A DNA stretch of 63,954 bases, the filler included, from Candidatus Babelota bacterium (GTDB lineage Bacteria; JAGOBX01), in the NCBI GenBank assembly GCA_017999075.1. It is 8 parts of 8 records of this genome, joined end to end, with 100 filler letters (N's around TTAATTAATTAA, not from the genome) between each part and the next. Parts side by side here need not be neighbours in the genome. Positions count along the whole stretch, not along the records: positions 1 to 8,268 come from JAGOBX010000140.1; positions 8,369 to 16,599 come from JAGOBX010000141.1; 6 more parts are not named here. The stretch is one strand, 5' to 3'. Of the stretch, positions 1 through 9,721 are shown in pieces. Numbering within the stretch: position 1 is the first letter of the stretch; the number at the start of each line of letters is the position of its first letter. The position numbers and the translations under genes are program-made. Below the pieces are notes generated by a model, which was not told the origin of the DNA, ran no database searches, and saw only the letters and a program-made list of their open reading frames with translations.

Positions 1-1173
1 GTTTTAAAAAATATAAATTCTTATAATATATCAAAAATTAATATTTTAAACCTGAAAAAATTAGACAAATCCGTTGTTGAAGATTACACTAATTCTTTAA
101 TTAAAAAAAATTATAAATCCGAAGAAATGCTGGCTTCAATTTACAATCTCTACGGTTCAGGATACTTTGATAAAATCAATTATAATTTCCAAAAAAATGA
201 AACCGATACGGACTTCAACCTCAATCTTTATTTGGTTGAAAAAAATTATTATTCATTAAATTTAGGATTTTATGCTGATGAATACTATAACGCCGTCGGT
301 TGTCTGGGCATATCAAAGAATAATATAGATAAATTCGGATCAAAACTTGATTTTGAAACTAATTTCGGATTATACAAAAAAATAAAACTGAAATATACTA
401 CACTCAACACAACCAAATTGAAATTGACTTCTCAAATAACAACAAGTTATATAGACAGTTTTATTAAATTGTTTAATGATTCATTTTTTATCAATAATGA
501 TTATTTCCGGTATAAGGATATTTCGTTTAACATAAGCAAATATGTGAGCTTTCATTCTGCATTTAACATTTCACTGAATTTTTCGAAATTCAGCAGTTCT
601 TTAAATCAAAGTACTCCATATTCTAAAATCGAATTATCATTTAAATATGACAATTTGAAAGATTATATTTTCCCTGCAAACTCTTCAAATTTCTGTATAA
701 AATACAGTAAATTTCTATCTCATAATTATAAAAATTCGGAAAAGCTTTATCTTGGAACGTCTTATTTCCCTTTAATATACAGAAATACTCTCTTAATAAT
801 TAATTCCGGAATAGGATTATCATCCCATGAAATCAATTTTATTGAAAAGTTCACTTCAGGAGGTCCTGACGAAATTCCAGGATATTACAGAAATGAATTC
901 AGAACAGATAATTTATATTTTCTAACTTTAGGAGGAGTTTACAAAATTAGAGAATATAAATCTCTGCTTAAACAAAAAATATACTGTTCAATACTTTCAG
1001 GAATAGCCGAAATAAAAAATAATAAAAACTTTTCTTTTGATTACAATAATTTATTGTACGGAATTACAGCAAAATTTATTTTATCAACGAATTTCGGAAA
1101 TTTGGAAATTATAGGCGGATGCAACAGAAAAAAACAAATGCACTTTTATTTTCAATACGGATATAAGTTATAA
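1..1173 (+). CDS. Omp85/BamA-TamA-type outer-membrane beta-barrel protein, C-terminal part (POTRA + barrel; possibly patatin/PlpD-like), 5' truncated
   Basis: Frame is open from base 1. POTRA-like 'IYNLYGSGYFDKINY...LYLVEK', Omp85 loop-6-like 'FTSGGPDEIPGY', alternating aromatic beta-strands and a terminal beta-signal-like 'FYFQYGYKL'. Confidence 0.7.
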   Translation, partial: VLKNINSYNISKINILNLKKLDKSVVEDYTNSLIKKNYKSEEMLASIYNLYGSGYFDKINYNFQKNETDTDFNLNLYLVEKNYYSLNLGFYADEYYNAVGCLGISKNNIDKFGSKLDFETNFGLYKKIKLKYTTLNTTKLKLTSQITTSYIDSFIKLFNDSFFINNDYFRYKDISFNISKYVSFHSAFNISLNFSKFSSSLNQSTPYSKIELSFKYDNLKDYIFPANSSNFCIKYSKFLSHNYKNSEKLYLGTSYFPLIYRNTLLIINSGIGLSSHEINFIEKFTSGGPDEIPGYYRNEFRTDNLYFLTLGGVYKIREYKSLLKQKIYCSILSGIAEIKNNKNFSFDYNNLLYGITAKFILSTNFGNLEIIGGCNRKKQMHFYFQYGYKL

Positions 1174-1233
1174 TTAATTTCTGAAAATTATGGATATTGC
1201 GCTTTGAAATAATTTAAATTTATTTACAATATT

Positions 1234-1253
1234 TTAATTGATCAATCAATTAA
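1234..1253. promoter_or_regulatory. Near-perfect 20-bp palindrome, possible repressor operator
   Basis: TTAATTGATCAATCAATTAA about 65 bp upstream of the ferredoxin start. It is AT-rich, so it could be chance. Confidence 0.3.
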
Positions 1254-1316
1254 GAGGTTGGTAAACCAATCATTTCATAAGAATAAAAAATTACAATTAA
1301 ATCTGCAGGACTTAAA

Positions 1317-2081
1317 ATGAAAATATTTTATTTTACCGCAACAGGAAATTGTCTGGATGTAGCTAAAAGATTTGAATGCGAACTAATATCAATACCAAAT
1401 ATATTGAAACGTTCAGAGAAACAAGAGATTACGTTTAAAGATGATAAAATAGGAATTATTTTTCCATGTTACGTACTGATTGCCCCGAAAATTATACGCG
1501 AATTTATTGATAAAGTTAAACTAAACAGCGATTATATTTTTGCTATTATGACTTACGGCAATTTTCCAGGCGATGGAATTAACTGGTTTGTAAAATACTG
1601 CGATAAACGCGATATTAAAATCAGCTATGCAAATGATCTTCTAATGATAGATAATTATCTGCCGATATTTGATATTCAGAAGCAAATCGAAAAAGAGCCG
1701 GAAAAAAAGATTGAAGAACAGATTGAAAAAATTAAAAAAGATATTTTTGATTCAAAAAAAATAATTGTGAAACATGGTTTTCTTAATAAATTAGCCTCTG
1801 GAATACTTCAATATTTCTATGATTTCCTGTTGGTTAATGGATATAAAAAATTCATTGTTAATAGCGGATGCAATAGATGCGGCATATGTCAGCAAGTCTG
1901 TCCAAGAAACAATATCGTTATAAAAAACAAATCTGAAATCGGCAATAAATGTGAATTCTGTTTGGCCTGTATTAACTTATGTCCACAAAAAGCTATTATA
2001 TATAAGAATGAAAAAAATCCTGATTACAGATTTAAAAATAGAAATGTAAGTTTAAAAGAAATAATTAATTCCAATAATTAA
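1317..2081 (+). CDS. EFR1-family ferredoxin (flavodoxin-like N-terminus + 2x[4Fe-4S] domain)
   Basis: N-terminal 'FYFTATGNCL'; CNRCGICQQVCP and CEFCLACINLCP motifs. Confidence 0.88.
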   Translation: MKIFYFTATGNCLDVAKRFECELISIPNILKRSEKQEITFKDDKIGIIFPCYVLIAPKIIREFIDKVKLNSDYIFAIMTYGNFPGDGINWFVKYCDKRDIKISYANDLLMIDNYLPIFDIQKQIEKEPEKKIEEQIEKIKKDIFDSKKIIVKHGFLNKLASGILQYFYDFLLVNGYKKFIVNSGCNRCGICQQVCPRNNIVIKNKSEIGNKCEFCLACINLCPQKAIIYKNEKNPDYRFKNRNVSLKEIINSNN

Positions 2082-2136
2082 CATAAATTTTCACTTATTT
2101 ATTAAACTTATAGATAAAATCAAACTCAATAAAACT

Positions 2137-3096
2137 CTAATCATTATTTGTCTTAAAAATCACGTTAACGCCGACGTATCCCATTATCACTTCTATATAC
2201 ATTATAAAAAAAACCAATACAGCTAATGAAAAACCCTGTTCTGTAGGGAAATTAAAAATTTTAGAAAGAATATATATTATCACAGCATCGCGCGTGCCTA
2301 ATCCAGATATTGATACAGGAACAAGCGCTATAAGAGATGACAAAGAAATGATAACCACTATGATTCCGTACGACAAATTTATTTTCAAAGCTGCAGCGAG
2401 CAAAAAAATCTGAAAAAAATATATTGCCCAAGAAACTATGGTTATAAAATTCCATTTTGCTATCATCCCGGTTAATCCGTTTTTAGCATAATCAGGAAGT
2501 TCGTTAAGCAAACTAAAATTAGTAAAAAATTTTTTCAATATTCCGCTTAATAAAATATAAAGTTTTTTATTAAGCAGCAAATAATTAATTAAAACAAATA
2601 TTACAACACATACGGCGCATAACATTGAAAATCTATAAAATCCGATTTTCCCAGTATAAAACAATAAATAAAAAAAACTTATCATCCCGGTTATTATAAT
2701 AAGAAAAAGATCTATAAAGCGGTCTATTAAAACAAGAAATAAAGAAAGAATTTTTGATTTAATTACTGAATTGATATAAAAAAACCTTGAAAATTCGCCA
2801 ACTTTTCCTGGAGTTATAGTTCCCCAGAAATAACTTTCCATATAACTTTTATAAATAATTTTACTGTCTAATTTTTCATTTGTATAACATGATAAAACAG
2901 ATTTTATGCGTAAAGTTTTCAAAAAAATCATAACCGGAAAAAGTAAAATAGATAAAAACACTATAAAATAATCGGTTTTACTAAAAATTTCTTTAATAGT
3001 CTTTAAATCCTGTTTAGACAATATATAAAAAAAAATTATGATCCCTATAATTTTAAACAGAGTATAAAATTTTTTGATATGTCCGGATTGAGTCAT
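2137..3096 (-). CDS. Lysylphosphatidylglycerol synthase TM-domain / UPF0104 flippase-like membrane protein
   Basis: Multi-TM protein with 'TPGKVGEFSR', 'DRFID' and 'PVSISGLGTRD' family motifs. Confidence 0.85.
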   Translation of the reverse strand: MTQSGHIKKFYTLFKIIGIIIFFYILSKQDLKTIKEIFSKTDYFIVFLSILLFPVMIFLKTLRIKSVLSCYTNEKLDSKIIYKSYMESYFWGTITPGKVGEFSRFFYINSVIKSKILSLFLVLIDRFIDLFLIIITGMISFFYLLFYTGKIGFYRFSMLCAVCVVIFVLINYLLLNKKLYILLSGILKKFFTNFSLLNELPDYAKNGLTGMIAKWNFITIVSWAIYFFQIFLLAAALKINLSYGIIVVIISLSSLIALVPVSISGLGTRDAVIIYILSKIFNFPTEQGFSLAVLVFFIMYIEVIMGYVGVNVIFKTNND

Positions 3097-3101
3097 TGAA
3101 A

Positions 3102-5642
3102 TCAGAATTCCATTTTAATGCCTGTAAAAGCAGAAAGTTTTTTATAATTCATATCAGAATTTTCAAAATCATTTATATCATAAACTATTTTGAGGGTATA
3201 ATTATTTTTTATTTTAGGGAGTTTCTGAAGAAAAATAAATTCGTATTCTAATTTTTGTTTTTTAGAATCCTGATCGATCACTGAAGTTTTGTTTAAATCA
3301 TAATAATATGAAATTGACGAGCTCACAGAATTTTTAGAATATTTCAACGAACAACTTCCATTTATGAATTTATCTTTTTTTTCGTCTATTGTTTTGTATC
3401 TGTATTTTCCGCGCAAATCAATGTTCAGAATATTAAATATTTTTTTCGTATACGAATTATAATATTCATACTGTCTGGATTTTGAAATTGTAAAATTCAC
3501 TTTATCATCTTCATTTTCCCTTTCATAAGACACGTACAAATTCAACGCATTAGACAGCAAAGTATTTGAAATTTTAAAATTAAACAATAAATTTTCATTA
3601 TACTTATCTCTCTTTGAATTTCCGGACAGAAGTTCATTATAAGTTTTTCTGAGTTCGGACGTATTTTCGATTTTTATTTTATTAAGCGGCTTAATATCGT
3701 TTTTAGTAAAAGGAAGATAAGTCAAATTAGAAGTATAACTGTTTAAATAATTTGTTTTATCAAAATATTCGTCAAGGTTATCATTCTGGTATATAGTCGA
3801 AAATTTAATATTCAAATCCTTAACTGATTTATTTATATAAGTAAAATCAAACTTTTGCCTGTCAATTGTAGCAATTCCATTCATAGTAACATAATCAGGA
3901 TCAATTCTGATATAATTCAGCATACAATTATTATTATTATTAGGCGCATAATTAGTTTTGATTTCTATTGCGTTTCCTATAATGCTCTCAGTATTGACAG
4001 ATAAATCCGTAAAATAGGAATAAATAAATTCGTATTGAACAGTTAATTTACTGAATGGCAGTATTTTACCTGAAAAACTTATAAGAGTATTTTTTCCCGG
4101 GATAAAAACATTCGAATCATATACTATAGAATTTCTGTCATCTTCAGAATAAACAAAACTGAATATTCCGCTGCTTTTTTTATCTATCGCTATATTCAAA
4201 TTCAGTCCTAAATTCAAACGTTCAAAATTCTGAAAATCTTCAGGCCTTCTGTCTCTTCCTGCAAAAAATTTCAAAACTTCTTTATTCCCAGGAATTTTAT
4301 AATCAATCATAATTCCTTCCTGCGAATTATTAAAAGTCATTTTTGTGAACATAGGAAATATATTCCCTGCCGTAATAACCAGACTTTTAGTTTTATATTC
4401 TGCAGTAATTTTGTCAAGGTCATATTCACGTTCATCATAATTGCTTCCTTTTAATTTTAAAAGACCGGCAAAAATTCCTGTTTTATCTTTTAAATTAACT
4501 TTAAACTCGGCATCAGCAGAAACTTTATTATTATGTTCTATCAATTCTCCAGAAGATTCAATATCTCCTTTAACCTGAATGTCTTCATTGCTTAACGAGA
4601 CAACAGCACTGATTTTTTTCAGCGGCTGAGCAGGCTTAGCGCTCATACTGTTAATCAATGATTTTTGTTCAGATGACAATTCTATGATTTTTTTTCCTGT
4701 TTTCAATTGTTCTCTGATATCTTTAAAAATTTTATCCGCTTCATCGTGAATTTTATTTGCTGATTCTATTACGAATTCATCCAGCGCCTGTTTATCAGAA
4801 ATTCCTATTTCCACAGAATAAACCGGAGTATAGTATAAATATTCAGTATAAAAATTTTTCTTTTCCGTAATAATTTTTCCGTCCTGAGAAGAAACAATTT
4901 TAAAATCAACCAGTAATTCATACCTTTTTTCCAAAACCTGATTTGAGGAATTTACCCTATTGTCAACCAATTGAAAATTTTTAATCAGCCCTTCAAGTTT
5001 AAATTGTCCGTTTAAATTCACATCATAACTTGAAGAAGAATTCTTAAAACTTTTTTCAAGCTCATTTTTCAAATAATCGCGCAATCCCAATTTGTTTACA
5101 AGCGGCGCTTCATTTTCATTATGATTAAACCAATTTATAAAAATAGATACTTTATAATCGACAGATGATATAGATTGCGTCTGAGGTCTAAAAACTTTTT
5201 TTCTTAAATTTATATTTTCAGTTAACTGGTCAAACATAGCTCCAACAACAGGATTATCTTTTTCCGCGTATTCTCTGAATTTTTCTAAAAATTTTTCAAG
5301 ATTGTTCAGGTTTTGTTCTGACATTCTCTTTATATTTGATTGCAGCAGAATCAATTGCTCAGCGTATTTCTGATAATCTTCAATTTTTGCAAGTGAATAT
5401 GCATATAATATTTTTCCATTAATCTGATTCACATCTATAATTTTATCTGCCAATAATTGATTCAAACTATTTTTCAAATCCTGAGCAGTTTTTTTAATTA
5501 CATTTTCAATTATCAAATTATTGAATACAGTTTGCGTGTCCGGTGGTGGAGCAGACTCCGCATAAAGCGTATGAATAGTTAAAATTAAAAATGTTATAAT
5601 TATAAAAAAACGATTATATATTTTCATGGTGGTATAATCCAA
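3102..5642 (-). CDS. Large exported protein: signal peptide, helical region, LptE-like domain and C-terminal outer-membrane beta-barrel
   Basis: Signal peptide 'MKIYNRFFIIITFLILTIHTLYA' (likely start 5627). Middle segment 'KLEGLIKNF...RYELLVDFKIVSSQDGKII...KQALDEFVIESANKI'. About 500 aa of amphipathic strands ending 'AFTGIKMEF'. Confidence 0.55.
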   Translation of the reverse strand: MDYTTMKIYNRFFIIITFLILTIHTLYAESAPPPDTQTVFNNLIIENVIKKTAQDLKNSLNQLLADKIIDVNQINGKILYAYSLAKIEDYQKYAEQLILLQSNIKRMSEQNLNNLEKFLEKFREYAEKDNPVVGAMFDQLTENINLRKKVFRPQTQSISSVDYKVSIFINWFNHNENEAPLVNKLGLRDYLKNELEKSFKNSSSSYDVNLNGQFKLEGLIKNFQLVDNRVNSSNQVLEKRYELLVDFKIVSSQDGKIITEKKNFYTEYLYYTPVYSVEIGISDKQALDEFVIESANKIHDEADKIFKDIREQLKTGKKIIELSSEQKSLINSMSAKPAQPLKKISAVVSLSNEDIQVKGDIESSGELIEHNNKVSADAEFKVNLKDKTGIFAGLLKLKGSNYDEREYDLDKITAEYKTKSLVITAGNIFPMFTKMTFNNSQEGIMIDYKIPGNKEVLKFFAGRDRRPEDFQNFERLNLGLNLNIAIDKKSSGIFSFVYSEDDRNSIVYDSNVFIPGKNTLISFSGKILPFSKLTVQYEFIYSYFTDLSVNTESIIGNAIEIKTNYAPNNNNNCMLNYIRIDPDYVTMNGIATIDRQKFDFTYINKSVKDLNIKFSTIYQNDNLDEYFDKTNYLNSYTSNLTYLPFTKNDIKPLNKIKIENTSELRKTYNELLSGNSKRDKYNENLLFNFKISNTLLSNALNLYVSYERENEDDKVNFTISKSRQYEYYNSYTKKIFNILNIDLRGKYRYKTIDEKKDKFINGSCSLKYSKNSVSSSISYYYDLNKTSVIDQDSKKQKLEYEFIFLQKLPKIKNNYTLKIVYDINDFENSDMNYKKLSAFTGIKMEF

Positions 5643-5647
5643 ATAAG

Positions 5648-7756
5648 TTAATATGGGGTAGCCGGAATATCAGGAAAATTTTTAATAAATATCAAACCAT
5701 TTTTATCGCTTAAAATTTTCCAGCCGTTATTTTCTTTAATAAGCTCAAAAGAAGCATTAACTGTAATATCCTGATTTCTTTCTATATCGTCAAACTTAAA
5801 TTTTCTTTTAAAAACAAAATCAACCTGCGCCCTCGAAGAATTCATAATATTAATTTTTTCATTCTGATAAACGCATGTCATAGTAACAGTTTTATCAAAA
5901 ACTTTTTTTATGCTTGTCTGCACATCCGTATAGTCTAAATAACCTTCATTACTTCCTGAAAATGACGAAGCAAGACAGTCAATAAACAAATCTTTATCAT
6001 TAGTCAAATAAGATTTACATAAATCCGAAAGTAAATCTTTCACCATATCCTGTTGGGTTTTATTTATAAAAGTAAGTTTTTCCAGAGGATAAAAATAGTC
6101 TTCTTCAAAAGTGCGGCCGTCATCCGATACAGCGATAATCTTAAATTTATATACAGAATTATCCTGAGGTTTAAACGAATATTTGAATTGATAAGGCTGC
6201 TGTTGTTTAATGAAAGTTATATTATTAAAACTGCCTCCGTCATCATAAGATATTGTAAAAGATTTCAATGCATTAGAACCGGTTAAATTTCCAGTAATAG
6301 AAATCATATCATTTTCTAAATCTTCTTTTGTGAAACTGGATTCTTTTTCAAATATTTCGACTGATTTATTATTTAATCTTATGTCCGAAATTATAATTTC
6401 AACAGGTTCTGCGGCAGTAGTTTCAGGTATATCAGAAGAAATAATTTCAGAAGTATCAGAAATATTTCTTTCCGCAGCTGAAGTATCAGAAATTACTGAT
6501 GTATCTTCAATAATTTGTTCTGAATCAGAGGCGGCAGCAGCAGGTTCAGCAAGGTTTATCGTAAATGAAGAAAATGTATTGGCATCATTAATAGAAATAA
6601 TTTCATTATCTGTATTAAATGCAGCTACAAACCACGAATATTGAATTTTATTTTTCAACGGTTCCACAGAATCATTTTCAGCAAATTGATATTTATTTTC
6701 GCTTATATTTTTTATCATTATTATATTGTTCTCAGAAATAGGAGTTTTCGACAAATAAAATTGATAATAATCCACGCCTTGAATTGGATCCCATAAAAAT
6801 AAAGGGATTAAATTAGTAATACTGGAATTGTTCGCAGGTTCAATCCTTTGAATATATTTTTTTTCAGGTTTAAGTATTACTCCGGTATAAGGCGGCTGAG
6901 TTAATGATGGAAAATAATAGTCCACATTTTCATCAACGACATATTCAATTTCTTCTTTAATCACAATTTTAGGTTCTTGAGTAGTCTGCGCCGGTTCCAA
7001 AGAAGGCGTTGAAGTTAAAACAGGCTGCTGCTGAACAGAAACAGGCGTTCTTATTTCATTTTCCTGTTCCTGCGAAGGTTCTTGCTGTGCATTTTGATTC
7101 TGAGTTTCCTGTTCTTTAATTGCAGCAGGCACATTCTGAACAGGAGCAGAAACAGGTTCACTAACATTCTGTACAGTATCTGCGCCAAATGATATTTCTA
7201 TATCTGTAAAAGAATTGCTTATTACTTCATCAAGAAAAATTATTTCTTCAATTTCCTGAACTGTCTGCTTTACATCCTGTTGCTGCTGTTCAGTTTGCTG
7301 AGGCAGTACAACAGGCGCAGACTGCTGAGGTTCATTCTGCTGCGATGATGAAGATTCAGATATCTGCGGTTTCGGTTCTTCAGCAGATTTTACAGGTTCA
7401 TAAGCAGCAGAACTTTTCTCATCTGCGGTTTTTTCTTGAGTCTGAACAGTATCCGCTGCTGAACTAATATTAACTTCATACGAACTGCTTACTGTTTCTT
7501 CAACCCATATTATTTCTTCAGTTATTCCCAAATCCAAAGAACCACTATCCTGAATATTTTGCTGATGAACTTCTATTTTCTGTTCTAATTTATCACCTTG
7601 ACTTATTTCTACAGCATTGTCTTCTCTTAATAATTCAGGTCCTCTAAAAAAATTATTGAACCCTTCAGGATATTCATAAACCTTCGCTATTAATAAATTT
7701 TGCGCACATATTATTATAATAATCAAAATAAACAATGACCCGTATCGTAAATTCAT
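5648..7756 (-). CDS. Secreted acidic protein with Q/E/P/S low-complexity stalk, Ig/FnIII-like domains and C-terminal NTF2-like domain
   Basis: Signal peptide, long low-complexity region, FnIII-like 'PLFLWDPIQGVDYYQFYLS...YSWFVAA', and NTF2-like 'LCKSYLTNDKDLFIDCLASSF...FELIKENNGWKI'. Confidence 0.55.
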   Translation of the reverse strand: MNLRYGSLFILIIIIICAQNLLIAKVYEYPEGFNNFFRGPELLREDNAVEISQGDKLEQKIEVHQQNIQDSGSLDLGITEEIIWVEETVSSSYEVNISSAADTVQTQEKTADEKSSAAYEPVKSAEEPKPQISESSSSQQNEPQQSAPVVLPQQTEQQQQDVKQTVQEIEEIIFLDEVISNSFTDIEISFGADTVQNVSEPVSAPVQNVPAAIKEQETQNQNAQQEPSQEQENEIRTPVSVQQQPVLTSTPSLEPAQTTQEPKIVIKEEIEYVVDENVDYYFPSLTQPPYTGVILKPEKKYIQRIEPANNSSITNLIPLFLWDPIQGVDYYQFYLSKTPISENNIIMIKNISENKYQFAENDSVEPLKNKIQYSWFVAAFNTDNEIISINDANTFSSFTINLAEPAAAASDSEQIIEDTSVISDTSAAERNISDTSEIISSDIPETTAAEPVEIIISDIRLNNKSVEIFEKESSFTKEDLENDMISITGNLTGSNALKSFTISYDDGGSFNNITFIKQQQPYQFKYSFKPQDNSVYKFKIIAVSDDGRTFEEDYFYPLEKLTFINKTQQDMVKDLLSDLCKSYLTNDKDLFIDCLASSFSGSNEGYLDYTDVQTSIKKVFDKTVTMTCVYQNEKINIMNSSRAQVDFVFKRKFKFDDIERNQDITVNASFELIKENNGWKILSDKNGLIFIKNFPDIPATPY

Positions 7757-7785
7757 ATTTTAATCAGATTACCCTAATTTCCGAT

Positions 7786-8268
7786 TTATTTTTTTACAAT
7801 TTTATACCTGTGAGTATATTTCCCCGGTTTTGTAAAAGTATACTTTGCAGAATATGTTTTCACATCTTCAATATTTTTTCCGCCTGAAACAAAACTCATC
7901 TGAACAGTTTCAACAATTTCATTTTCTTCGTTTAGTAATATCAAATTTATTGAAAACTTATCCTGTAAAATATTCTTGATTTTTACAGTATATTCGACAA
8001 CTTTTTTCCCATTTTCTTCGGAAACCAATGCGCTGTTTTGTTCAACAACTTCAGGGCTAAGCGGAATCTGAACTTTTTTAAATATCACCTGTTCCTGCTG
8101 CTGCAATTTCTGCAAATCCTGAGCAGGTATCTGAACAGGAGCCGACGGAGGAGTATTTTGTTTTACTGAAGCGCGTTTGCCTGCGCCTACAGAAATTTTC
8201 TGATCAGGAAATTCAGGATTAAAAACTTCCACTTGCCCGTCTAAAACAGATATTTGTGCTTCTTCTCC
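7786..8268 (-). CDS. FecR-domain protein, C-terminal fragment (5' truncated at contig end)
   Basis: Frame is open to the contig edge and reads 'GEEAQISVLDGQVEV...ISVGAGKRASV', the end of a FecR domain, followed by an Ig-like tail. Confidence 0.65.
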   Translation of the reverse strand, partial: GEEAQISVLDGQVEVFNPEFPDQKISVGAGKRASVKQNTPPSAPVQIPAQDLQKLQQQEQVIFKKVQIPLSPEVVEQNSALVSEENGKKVVEYTVKIKNILQDKFSINLILLNEENEIVETVQMSFVSGGKNIEDVKTYSAKYTFTKPGKYTHRYKIVKK

Positions 8269-8368
8269 NNNNNNNNNNNNNNNNNNNNNNNNNNNNNNNN
8301 NNNNNNNNNNNNTTAATTAATTAANNNNNNNNNNNNNNNNNNNNNNNNNNNNNNNNNNNNNNNNNNNN
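8269..8368. other. Artificial contig linker (N44-TTAATTAATTAA-N44)
   Basis: 100 nt carrying a stop-in-all-six-frames spacer, identical at all 7 junctions. Confidence 0.99.
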
Positions 8369-8482
8369 TATTTATATTATATATTTTTTCACAAAATAAA
8401 CTTATGGTTTATCAATATATAAATTTTGTAAAAAATGGCAGAACTGCAATAATGGCAGAACGGCCGTTTGCAAACATTCCCG

Positions 8483-9721
8483 TTATTCCGGTTGTATATA
8501 ACATAATTTTTCTTTTACCATAACATATATTTCTTCAGGGGAAAAATCATTAACGCATTTATTGTTTTTACAAGCGCTCAGTCTGTAATTAAAAACATTA
8601 AGACAAGGACTGCAATTATAATTTTTATATAATACTGTACAGTTTTTACTTAAAGGTTTATATAAGACAGGAGTTTCTGGACCGAAAAATACAAATGAAT
8701 TTATATTTGTTAAAGCTGAAAAATGAGCTGCTCCGCCGTCATTTGTAATTAATAATTTTGAGATATGGCATAATTGTATAAATTCATACAGAGAAGTTTC
8801 TCCTGTTATATTTATACAGCGGGTTGAATTAATTTTATTTTTAAGATGTTCATTTTTATCATAGGCATTTTTAGTTCCTGAAATAATTACTAAAAAATTA
8901 GTATGTTTTTCAATTATCATTTTTGCAAAAGCTTCATAATTTTCATATTTCCATCCCCGTAAAGGTATTTCTCCTGCATCCGGACTTAAAATACAAATTT
9001 TTATATTATCACTAAATTCAGCATAATTTTTTTTTATAAGCGATCTTATTTTGTCACAGCATTTTTTATCATATTGAATTTGAGAAAACTCTGTGTTTTC
9101 CTGAATATTTTTTTTAAGCATAGGTTCTTCATTCTGTTCAAATATAACAGAGTCAATAAGAGCAATATAGTTTTTATATAAATGTTCGTAATAATTGAAT
9201 GTAACGTGTTTTGTTAAAAAATTTCCGCGGTATAATCCTTCAACATTATTAAGATGAAATCCAGCATATTCTTTATATGAAATCAGAAAACTGTAAATAC
9301 TTGAGAATCTGGAAAACATTTCAAAATCAAATATTATATCTATTTTTTGTTTTCTAAAAAAGATTATAGTTTTTAATGTATCTTTTATAAACTGAAAAAA
9401 ATTTTTGCTTTCAATAGTAATAATATTTTTTTCAGGAATTATATTTAGTATACTGACAGATTCCTTATTTTTTTCAAAAATAAGGAAAAATATTTCCGGA
9501 TTATTGAAAAAATTTTTCAGTTTAGATATTGATTTAGAACTTAATAACGCGCTTCCCATTTCAGGAAGTTCAATTATAAGTATTTTTACGCCACTGTTTT
9601 TATAATTTGAATATTTAGAATTAAATTTTAATAGACTGGCAATTCTATTTAATACAGATAACGCGGCGCAGACAGGTATTCCAGCATACCTGTCCACAAA
9701 CCGCATGAATTTTATTTCCAT
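8483..9721 (-). CDS. Glycosyltransferase family 9 (ADP-heptose:LPS heptosyltransferase-like)
   Basis: 'ILIIELPEMGS', 'LITNDGGAAHFS', 'FFGPETP' and a C-terminal 'CSPC...C..C' pattern typical of GT9. Confidence 0.88.
   Translation of the reverse strand: MEIKFMRFVDRYAGIPVCAALSVLNRIASLLKFNSKYSNYKNSGVKILIIELPEMGSALLSSKSISKLKNFFNNPEIFFLIFEKNKESVSILNIIPEKNIITIESKNFFQFIKDTLKTIIFFRKQKIDIIFDFEMFSRFSSIYSFLISYKEYAGFHLNNVEGLYRGNFLTKHVTFNYYEHLYKNYIALIDSVIFEQNEEPMLKKNIQENTEFSQIQYDKKCCDKIRSLIKKNYAEFSDNIKICILSPDAGEIPLRGWKYENYEAFAKMIIEKHTNFLVIISGTKNAYDKNEHLKNKINSTRCINITGETSLYEFIQLCHISKLLITNDGGAAHFSALTNINSFVFFGPETPVLYKPLSKNCTVLYKNYNCSPCLNVFNYRLSACKNNKCVNDFSPEEIYVMVKEKLCYIQPE

Noticed and set aside
8434-8475. 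AATGGCAGAAC direct repeat and a TGGCA...TTGCA sigma-54-like site
   Set aside because: The GG-to-GC spacing does not fit -24/-12, there are only two copies, and it sits at a contig end downstream of a gene.
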